In this document: positions 41,710 through 50,200 of the stretch, one piece after another
Layout of the letters: each line of letters starts with the position of its first letter
How positions within the stretch are numbered: the first letter of the stretch is position 1
Assembly (NCBI GenBank): GCA_949285605.1
Contig: CASDZI010000005.1
Coordinates: 14,508-78,507, forward strand
Length of the DNA: 64,000 nucleotides
From: an uncultured Christensenella sp.
Lineage (GTDB): Bacteria; Bacillota; Clostridia; Christensenellales; DTU072
Direction of reading: 5' to 3'
Position numbers and translations under genes: made by a program
The notes under the pieces: generated by a model
What the model was told of the DNA's origin: nothing
What the model saw: the letters and a program-made list of their open reading frames with translations, nothing else
Database searches by the model: none

Positions 41710-42515
41710 TTTTTCTCCTTATAAAACTTATTTTTTTTGTAAGCGAAAATAGTGCACAATACCGAAAGGACGCCGCAAGCGGCAAGGACGTAAAACCCCG
41801 GGGCCGCCTGTAAATAAGCGTTTTCGCCGGTAAAGAAGCCGGCTATATCGCTTCCGCCCGAAGCGTAAATCCCTCCGAACATCGCCGCAAGGGCGCAGAG
41901 GATCAGCACCACGCCTATGAAGGCGAAACCGATTTTTCTGTAACCGCCGTCGGAGCGTCTCCCCGAAAACACCGCCGCCAGCCCTTTCAGGAAACCTATC
42001 AGGGCAAACACCGCCGCAATCAGCGAAGCTATGGGTACGGCGTAAAGAGCGGTTTTGGTTATATCGGAGGCTCCTTCGGTCCCGGGCAGGAAAAAGCGGT
42101 TGTAATAGACCGATTCCAGCCCGTCGGCGCCCAGTTCTCTGAACATTCCGAAGGCAGGATCGAGCAACCCCACCGCCTCGGGATCGTCTCCGACGGTATT
42201 GAATAAAGCCAGATACTTCTCCGCAGACGTCAACCCGACCGCCCCCAGAGCGGCAAACATCAACGTCGCCAGCATCAATACCGTTATTACGACGAGTAAA
42301 AAAGTTCTCTTTTTTATGTATTTCGCTTCCGAACGTCTGTTTACGCTCAGCGTGAGCGCGGACGGAGCGTTCTCTATCCTCGCCTTTTCCGCCATATAAG
42401 CCCGATAATACGGACTGCTCAGATAATCGGCGTATGTGATAAACTCAAGATCCGTCATCTCTTCCACGGATTTGTTAAGTCCGTCGGAACAAACCTTTTT
42501 CTTCCTGAAAGCCAT
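41706..42515 (-). CDS. Locus gene 2: four-TM module protein
   Basis: RBS GGAGG. The loop ..KYLALFNTVGDDPEAVGLLDPAFGMF.. is alignable with ..QYTALFVE...GVLDPIFGFI.. in gene 4. Four TM helices; K-rich C-terminus. Confidence 0.8.
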   Translation of the reverse strand: MAFRKKKVCSDGLNKSVEEMTDLEFITYADYLSSPYYRAYMAEKARIENAPSALTLSVNRRSEAKYIKKRTFLLVVITVLMLATLMFAALGAVGLTSAEKYLALFNTVGDDPEAVGLLDPAFGMFRELGADGLESVYYNRFFLPGTEGASDITKTALYAVPIASLIAAVFALIGFLKGLAAVFSGRRSDGGYRKIGFAFIGVVLILCALAAMFGGIYASGGSDIAGFFTGENAYLQAAPGFYVLAACGVLSVLCTIFAYKKNKFYKEKK

Positions 42516-42578
42516 ACAGGCTACCTCCGTTGCTTTCTCCTCCTCCGCCCGTATCGGGCAAAGTAAGGTTTTTTTTAC

Positions 42579-42631
42579 GCAAAAAGCGAAATCGCTTACA
42601 CCATTCCACCGAAAATGTCCTCGATTTCGCT
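42579..42631 (-). terminator. Terminator-like or attenuator hairpin between locus genes 1 and 2
   Basis: Minus strand: AGCGAAATCG / CGATTTCGCT 10-bp stem with a 27-nt loop, followed by TTTTT. Confidence 0.45.
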
Positions 42632-42643
42632 TCTTAATCCTAT

Positions 42644-43789
42644 TTAACGGTTTTTCTTCGCCGCTTTTTCAGCCGCCTTAGCCGCCTTTTTCGCTTCCTT
42701 GGCGGTCAACTGACGAGCGGGAACGCTTGCCTGAGCTTCGGCGACCTCAGGCATGTCGGGTACGAATTTATAAACCACCTTGTTGGGATTGTATTGGTAA
42801 ACGGGCTGATTGGGATTGACGTAAGGCACGATGGCGAACGGCTGCGTTGTGCCTCCGCCCTGTCCGTAATAAGTGGCTCCACGGTCACCCAAAATCCTTC
42901 TTACGGCAGCCCTTTCCGCATTTATTCTGTCGTCGGCGGCACGTTCGATAGCCTGTTTCTCTGCGGCGTAGCGAGCTGCGGCCTCCTTGTCGGCGAGTAT
43001 CCTTTCCTCCACTATTCTTTCCACGGCGGCCTGCTGCAAGGCGCTCTTGGAAAGGCGGATCTTTTCGTCTGCGGCCTGTTCCGCCGCAATGATCTGCAAC
43101 ACCGCCTGTCTTGCCGCCACTCTCTCGGCTTCGTCACGGGCGGAAAGAATGTGTTCGTTGGCGTAACGCTCTGCGGCTTTACGGTTGGCTTCCACCTTAT
43201 CCTTGGCTACTTCTTCTATCCCGGCTCTCTCCGCTACCAGTTTTTCGGCGGCGGCGTTCAGTACCTTTTCTCTTTCCTGGGCAATGAGGTCTTCGATCTC
43301 TTTATTGCGACCGGCTACCACGTCGTCGGCCCGTTTCTCGGCTTCGGCGACCCTCTCGTCGGCGGCGTTTTCGGCGGCGACCACTCTGAGGACGGCGTCT
43401 CTCGCCGCAGCTCTCTTGATGGCCTCCCTCTCCTGTTCCAGACGAATCTCTTCCTCCGCAAGGATCCTCGCCCTTTCGTCGGCGACCCTGCTCTCCACCA
43501 GGCGTACCATCTGTTGCTGCGCGGCGTCCCGCCTCTCGTCGGCAAGTCTCGCCTGAGCGTCGACGTACTGCTCTCTTACGGTCTTCGCATTCTGCATCCG
43601 TTCCATCGCCTTGAGATACTCGCTTCTGGGACGACGCTTCCCGCAACGTACGCAGTTGGCGGCGGTGATAGCGTTGACTTTACCGCAGTATTCGCAAATA
43701 TACGACAACTGTTCCATGCTTAAATTAACATCGGCTTCGGTGTCGAATTGAGCTTTGTCGTTCAGTTTGTTTTTATCTGCCATAGTCAT
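42644..43789 (-). CDS. Locus gene 1: zinc ribbon, long A/E/R-rich coiled coil, C-terminal QP..VPY..QP..Y motif and a K/A tail
   Basis: CEYCGKVNAITAANCVRCGKRRPRSEY. Internally repeated helical segments (..AARDAVLRVVAAENAADE.. versus ..AARQAVLQIIAAEQAADE..). ..TQPFAIVPYVNPNQPVYQY... The true start may be the second ATG (43783), which has better SD spacing. Confidence 0.8.
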   Translation of the reverse strand: MTMADKNKLNDKAQFDTEADVNLSMEQLSYICEYCGKVNAITAANCVRCGKRRPRSEYLKAMERMQNAKTVREQYVDAQARLADERRDAAQQQMVRLVESRVADERARILAEEEIRLEQEREAIKRAAARDAVLRVVAAENAADERVAEAEKRADDVVAGRNKEIEDLIAQEREKVLNAAAEKLVAERAGIEEVAKDKVEANRKAAERYANEHILSARDEAERVAARQAVLQIIAAEQAADEKIRLSKSALQQAAVERIVEERILADKEAAARYAAEKQAIERAADDRINAERAAVRRILGDRGATYYGQGGGTTQPFAIVPYVNPNQPVYQYNPNKVVYKFVPDMPEVAEAQASVPARQLTAKEAKKAAKAAEKAAKKNR

Positions 43790-43849
43790 CTCCTCCGGGT
43801 AAACGCATACTAAAACCGATAGTACCCCATATAGGATATATTATATAAG

Positions 43850-43878
43850 TAAATAGATTTTTTTTCAATAGGTTTTGC
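43850..43878 (-). promoter_or_regulatory. Near-consensus sigma-A promoter at the head of the novel locus
   Basis: Minus strand: TTGAAA, 17-nt spacer, TATAAT, about 60 nt upstream of gene 1. Confidence 0.6.
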
Positions 43879-43926
43879 CATATTTCTTAAATTTTCCTTA
43901 AATTCTCTGCGTCGGAAAGGGAAAAA

Positions 43927-45529
43927 TTATTTATTGAAGGAATCTTTAAGATCTACGATACGGTAAAAGACGAGTTTATCGCCTTCTTTCCCCGCAAGTT
44001 TGTAATACGCCGCCCTTATGAACTGAAAAGCCGTCCCGAACGCCTGTTCGGCAAGGTAAGGCTCGGCGTAACCGCCTTCGATAACCTCTAAAGAACGGGG
44101 ATTTATCCTGTCGTCGAAGTCTTTTTTGTCTTCGGTTTCGTCGGTGAGAAGTCCGGAATATTTCATAAGCTTGGCAGGGACGCACTTCTTTGCGTCCACC
44201 CAGTGAATAACTCCCTTGACCTTTATACCGGCGTTAACGCCGCCCTGTTTGCTGTCGGGAACGGCCTCGCAGGTCACCGAAAGCACTTTCCCGTCGGAGT
44301 CGGTTTCGTGGGAAAGGTATTTCAGGATATAGCCACCCTTGAGCCTCACCATACCTCCGGGTACCAGTCGATGATATTTCGGGGGAGGATTCACCGCAAA
44401 ATCGCTCCTTTCGATATAAATTTCTCTGCCGAGAGGCGCTTCGTGCGTAGCGGAATTTTCGTCGTTGGGGTTGTTGACTAGGGTTATGCTCTCCTCTTCT
44501 TCCAAATTGGAAATGACGACCTTCAACGGGTCCTCCACCACCATTACCCTGTCGGCGGTACGGTTGAGCTGATCCCTGACGTAATGCTCCAGCAAAGCCG
44601 AGTCCACTTCGCTGTTGGCTTTGGCTACGCCCACGGCGGCGCAAAAGGCTTTTATCGCTTCGGCGGGATACCCTCTTCTCCTCATTCCGCTCAAAGTGGG
44701 CATACGGGGATCGTCCCAGCCGTCCACCACGCCGTTGTCCACCAGTTTTTTAAGGTAACGCTTGCTCATAATGGTGTTCTTTATGTTGAGCCTGGCAAAT
44801 TCGTATTGATGAGGAGGATTGGCGAATCCGCAATTTTCCGTCACCCAGTCGTAGAGGGGACGGTGATCTTCGAATTCCAGCGTGCAGATAGAATGGGTTA
44901 TACCCTCTATGGCGTCCCCTATGGGATGAGCGAAATCGTACATGGGATAAATAAGCCATTTGTCGCCGGTATGGTGATGATGAGCCCGCAAGATCCTGTA
45001 AAGGACGGGGTCTCGCATATTGATGTTGCTGCTCGCCATATCGATCTTCGCCCTCAGGGTTTTGCTTCCGTCGGGATACTTCCCCTCCCTCATTTCGGCA
45101 AAAAGTTTCAGATTTTCCTCCACCGAACGGTTGCGCCAGGGGCTTTCGGTGCCGGGCTGAGTGAGAGTGCCTCTGGTCTGACGGATCTCCTCCGCCGAAT
45201 AATCGCAAACGTACGCCAGACCTTTCTTAATCAGTTCCACGGCGCAATCGTAGGTCTGCTCGAAATAGTCGGAAGCGAAACACTCGTTGTCCCACTCGAA
45301 CCCCAGCCAGCGTATGTCTTCTTTGATGCTGTCGACGTATTCCACGTCCTCTTTGGTGGGATTGGTGTCGTCGAAACGCAAATTGCATTTCCCGTTATAT
45401 TTTTCCTTGATTCCGAAATTTATTGTGCAGATATCCGTTCGGTTCGGGCGGGAAACGGGTGACCGTACTCTCGCAACGACCTTCCGCTATATCCTTTTCC
45501 ACCACCGCTTCGATAAAATTATTTGCCAC
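43927..45529 (-). pseudogene. glnS: Glutaminyl-tRNA synthetase pseudogene (frameshifting deletion removes the HIGH motif)
   Basis: GTG start at 45529 after AAGGAGG. The reading ..[12 protein letters not shown] then runs into a stop. The +1 frame continues [22 protein letters not shown]... The segment IGHAKSIC expected between the two parts is absent. KMSKS-type IMSKR is present downstream. Confidence 0.8.
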
Positions 45530-45908
45530 TGTGTCCTCCTTTCCCGCATTCGCAAGGGAATGTGAGATTTTTGCTTTCGATTTCCATTTTTCCGTCTTTT
45601 TCGACAAATCCGAATTTCTCGAAATAGCCGTCCGAATAGGCGACGACCAGTTTTTCCGACACGCCGGAACAACCGTACAGCAGGCTTCGGGTGAAGAAGT
45701 CGCCGTAGCGTTTACCCCTATGCGAGGGAAGGATCCCCACGCTTTTCAGGACGGAAACTTCGGGCGTGACCGACACCGAGGCTATTCCCACGGGAGCTTG
45801 TCCGTCGAAAAGCACATACCCTATCTGCCCGTCAAAAGGCAGGCGAAAAATTTCCGAATTGAGCCCGTCGAGCAATTCCTTGTCGTTGGTTGCGGTATAT
45901 GAAAGCAT
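45519..45908 (-). CDS. GNAT family N-acetyltransferase (small)
   Basis: ..[19 protein letters not shown].. acetyl-CoA-binding-like motif. RBS GGAGAAGA. The 3' end overlaps the glnS start by 11 nt. Confidence 0.6.
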   Translation of the reverse strand: MLSYTATNDKELLDGLNSEIFRLPFDGQIGYVLFDGQAPVGIASVSVTPEVSVLKSVGILPSHRGKRYGDFFTRSLLYGCSGVSEKLVVAYSDGYFEKFGFVEKDGKMEIESKNLTFPCECGKGGHSGK

Positions 45909-46003
45909 ATCTTCTCCGAAAAAAACAGATTTGTTATTATAAAGCGAATGGGCGACCGAAAGTCACCCATACCTATTTTGCTTTAAGCGTCTCTGCCGCC
46001 TTT

Positions 46004-47110
46004 TCAGCTGTAATACCTTTCGGCAAGTTTGATGAGACACTCTTCCAGGATTTTCTGATCCTCTTCCTCCTGGAAACCGTTGATCTTGGCGGTTTCGATG
46101 AGGACGGCTATTTCCTCGAGGTCCTCGTCGGTGGTCTCGGGATCGGCAAGCGCCTTGTCCACGACTATGAGGAGAACGGACAGATACCTCGCTTCCTCTT
46201 CTTTGGTCATGGGAACGTAGACCTCTTCTTCGGCTTCTGCCGCCGCCTCTTCTTCGGGCAGAACCTCCTCTTCCGCAGGTTCTTCCTCCTCGGCTTCTTC
46301 CTCGGGCACCACTTCGAGCTCGGCAAGCACGTCGCTTTCGGGCACCGTAAACACCTCTTCGTCTTCGGCTCCGTCTTCCATTCTGCCCGCCATAAGTTCG
46401 TCGACTTTGGCTTTTATGTCCTCGAGTTCGTCCCCGGCATAAGGCTCTTCGGGTTTTTGAGCGATGACCACTCGGGCGTCGAGGATGTCCTGAAAGCTCG
46501 CATAACACAGCTCCAGACGTTTACGCTGTTTTCCGTAGACGTAACCGAGAATGAAATAAAAGAATACGAAAACCGCCACGGGAAGTAAAACCGTGGTTAT
46601 GATCGACGCTACCAAAGAAAATTCCGAAGTGAAATCTTCTATACCGACGGCGGCGAGGTCGCCCTTGCAGGCTCCGATGATCATTACGGAAGCGATGACC
46701 CACCACACCACGCTCAATACGCAGAAGAAGGCTTTGCCGAAGGTATTTTTGCCGGTATATTCACGGGAGTCGAGAACGTCGTGCGCCGGCATGTAATCGG
46801 AAGGATAACCGTTTTTCTCTTCCAGGAAACGTCCCCACCCTTTCTCCACGGCTTCGGGAAGACGTTTGAGTTCGGCATAGACCGATTCGACGTTTTCTTC
46901 GTCCACTCTTTCCGTAGCGGCGATTTTTTTGGTGACGGAAATGAGGTTTTTCCTGAGTCCGTTGATTCTGCTGAACGAAGAAATCAGTATCGCAAGCACA
47001 AAAATAACTGCGGTTACGATTACTCCTATAACGGCAATTTTAAGTTCGTTATTTGGTATAAACTCGATTTTGCCTAAAAAATCGTTCACAGAAGTGGTGA
47101 AATTATCCAT
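46004..47110 (-). CDS. Hypothetical membrane protein with an acidic C-terminal domain
   Basis: 368 aa. N-terminal TM helix plus at least two central TM helices. E-rich stretch EEEAEEEEPAEEEVLPEEEAAAEAEEE. Confidence 0.6.
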   Translation of the reverse strand: MDNFTTSVNDFLGKIEFIPNNELKIAVIGVIVTAVIFVLAILISSFSRINGLRKNLISVTKKIAATERVDEENVESVYAELKRLPEAVEKGWGRFLEEKNGYPSDYMPAHDVLDSREYTGKNTFGKAFFCVLSVVWWVIASVMIIGACKGDLAAVGIEDFTSEFSLVASIITTVLLPVAVFVFFYFILGYVYGKQRKRLELCYASFQDILDARVVIAQKPEEPYAGDELEDIKAKVDELMAGRMEDGAEDEEVFTVPESDVLAELEVVPEEEAEEEEPAEEEVLPEEEAAAEAEEEVYVPMTKEEEARYLSVLLIVVDKALADPETTDEDLEEIAVLIETAKINGFQEEEDQKILEECLIKLAERYYS

Positions 47111-47212
47111 AACTCGATACTCCCTTAAGTTAGTTACGTTAAATATTATATCATATTTGCTTACAAATGCAATACTTTTTTTGTTTACTAAAGATTTTTT
47201 AACGAAGAAAGC

Positions 47213-50200
47213 TCAGACCTCGACGACGTAATTACGGAGAATATTGAATAAAATCCTGCGTTTTACCGGTTTGCCGAAGATTTTTTCCATGGCGGAAGAA
47301 TATATTTCCAGTTGTTTTGCGTAGCGTTTTTTCAGCTCTTCGGGGGGAGCGTTGCTCGCCTTATAGTCCGCCACCGTCAACCCGTCGTCCTCTTCCGCCA
47401 CCAGATCCGCCACCCCTTGGATAAGCGTCATGTCTCCGTTCGCTGCGGGCAAATAATACACGAAAGGTATTTCCCTGTGAAGTTTCCCGACAAGTCCCCG
47501 AATAAAATCGGAAGCCATCACTTCCGCCACCGCTCCGCAGTCTATCGCCGCAGCCTGTTCGTTAGTCAATTCTCCTTCGGAGACCAGTCTCGAAAGCTCT
47601 TTTTGCACTTCCTTTTCCCCGAGTGCGGAGAAATTTATTTTCTGCAAAAGCAGGTGGTACGCCGTTCCCGTCGCCGCCTCCGTCTTGCCGTACCTGAAAA
47701 ATCCCGCCGTCCCCTCTTCTTCCTCCAGCAATTCGCTGACCGAAGCCTTGTTGGGCAAAACCGTGCTTTCCCCGAAAGGATAACTCTCTTCCAGGTAAGC
47801 GAACTCCGCCTGCGCCGCCCTCGGTCTTTCCGTCGCCTTTTCGGTGCTGTTTTCGGGAAAAACCGTTTCGACGAAACAGGACTTCAACGTCGGGTCGAGC
47901 GAAGAAGCGTAGGTCACGAAATCCTCTATGCTGACCGCCTCGTCCACGTCGGTGCAGACTTTTTTCCTTTTTCCCACGATAATGAGGCGGTTCTTCGCCC
48001 TCGTGAACGCCACGTACATCAGACGGGCGAGCTCCTTTCTCTCCTCTTCTCTCTTTTTCATCTTCTGAGCGGCGGTATAATAATTGTCCTCCGTCACCCC
48101 GCTTTCCGTTTCAGACGAGCGCAGGGCTATACCGAGTTCCCTGTCGGCGTATAAGGCGGCGGAAAAGCCCTTCTCTCCCACCGAAGCGGTATCGACAAAA
48201 GGCAAAACTACCCAGGGAAACTCCAATCCCTTGCTTTTGTGCATGGTCATAACGGTCACCGAATCCGCTCCCGCAGGCTGTTTCTCGCCCTTGTAGGACG
48301 AGTCGTAATAAGTAAGAAAATCCTCTACTCCGTGTCCTCCCTCCACCGAAGCCACGTTCTGAAGGAAACGGTAAACTCTCCCCGAAACCTCCTTCCCCAA
48401 AGAAAGAAAATATGCGTCCAGCCCGTCCGCCAGCACCTGCGTCATCAAAACCGACACCGGCGTATAGGCGCTTCTTTTACGGAGTTCCTCGGCGTAAGCA
48501 ATGAACTCCTGCGTCTTTTTTTGCAAGTTCTCGTCGCCGTTATATGACTTTACGGCTTCCCAAAGACTTACTTCGGGAGACTTAAGTCGTATTTCCAGCA
48601 GTTCGGCGTTGGAAAATCCGAATACCGGGGACATCAGCGTGTTGAGGACGGTCACGTCGGAACAGGAGACGCAGAGCCTGACGAAATCCACCAGCAATTC
48701 CCTCGGGGCGAAAATCCCTTCGGGCGGATCCGCAACGGAATAGGGGATCCCTTCGGCGGCGAGGGCGGCGGCTATTTTGCGGCAGCCCTTGCCCGTTGCG
48801 GCGAGGACAGCCACGTCCTCGTATCGAAGCGGAGAAAAACTTTTTTCGGCAGGGCGGTAAACCGGCGTCCTTCTCTCCACCTTTTCCTTTATCGTTTTCG
48901 CCACGAAAATACTTTCGGGGTCGGTTTCTTCCTCTGCTTCGGCTTCTTTTACGCTGTAGACGGAAGTCAATCGGGTCTCTTCCCTTTCCTCTTTATCGTA
49001 CAGGAAAATTTCCACGGCTTCGCCTTCCTCTCCGTACTGCGCTCCCGCTTTCATCATATTCTCTCCCCGATAATCTACGGAACAGAATTCCTCCGTCATG
49101 ACTTCGGCGCAGACTGCGTTGACGAAATCCAGTATTTCCTTTCGGGAACGGTAATTTTCGTTCAACGGGATGTTGTTGCCTTCGGTTTCGTAAAGTCTCA
49201 TTCTTTGGAGAAAGATCTCGGGCTCGGCGTAGCGGAAATGATAAATGGCTTGCTTCACGTCCCCCACCGCAAATACGTTTTCGCCGTTGGAGAAAGCGTT
49301 GATGAGGCTTTCCTGCAAATAATTGGTATCCTGATATTCGTCAATGAAAATATAATCGAACGACGACGCCACCTCTCTCCTGACGGTATCGTCGGACAAC
49401 ACTTTTTTCGCCATCGAGCCCATATCCGAAAAATCGATTTTTCCTTCCCGTTTCTTGCGTTCGTCGTATAGACGGACGGTAAGAAGGGTGACGTCGGCGA
49501 GTTGTTTCACGTCCTCGTTCAACGCTTTCCCTCTTTTGTCGTACAGGTCGGCGAAATAAACGCATTCCGCCAGGTAATCCTTGACTTCGGAACGGAAGAG
49601 GTTATATCTGGATTTAACTTCGAGGGAAACGCCTTTAATCCTGCGGCACGGTTTGGGTTCGGATAAAAATCCCGCCCTCCGCAACAAACTTCCCGCCCCG
49701 TCCGAGCGGAGCACGTTTTCCAAGGAAGCGAGCAGCTTTTCCGTTTCCGCCTGTTCCTCCTCCATCGGGAAAACGGTAAACAGCGGCAATAAACTCCGCC
49801 CTTTGCGAAGGATTTTTCTCGTATATTTGAGGAAACGGTCGAAAACGTATCTATCGGTCTGCGCCGAGAAATCCTCTTGCAAAAACTTCTCTTTATCGGG
49901 TTGCACCGACAGGAAATCCCGCAAAAGCCCTATATTTTTTTTCAGATCGTCCAACCGCCTTGCCGTGGTATAACGCTCCGCAAGCGAGGCAAACGCCTTG
50001 TCGCCCGAGGAGAGTTTCTTTTCGCAGGCTGCGTCCATACATTCCGAAAACATAACGGCGCTTTCTTCCGGGTCCATAACTTTGACCGAAGGGTCTATTC
50101 CCGCCGACGCAAAATATTTTTTCACCAACCCGAAACAGAAACTGTCGATGGTGGATATATTGGCGAAGGGGAACGCTTCCAGCTGTTCCCTGACGTGGGA

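Noticed and set aside
45395-45607. 70-aa ORF as an independent small gene
   Set aside because: It is the N-terminal fragment of the disrupted glnS (..[12 protein letters not shown]). Its first 26 codons overlap the GNAT gene and precede the real SD/GTG start at 45529.
45530-45620. T-box leader upstream of the tRNA synthetase gene
   Set aside because: There is no free leader. The region is occupied by the 3' end of the GNAT coding sequence, which overlaps the glnS start.
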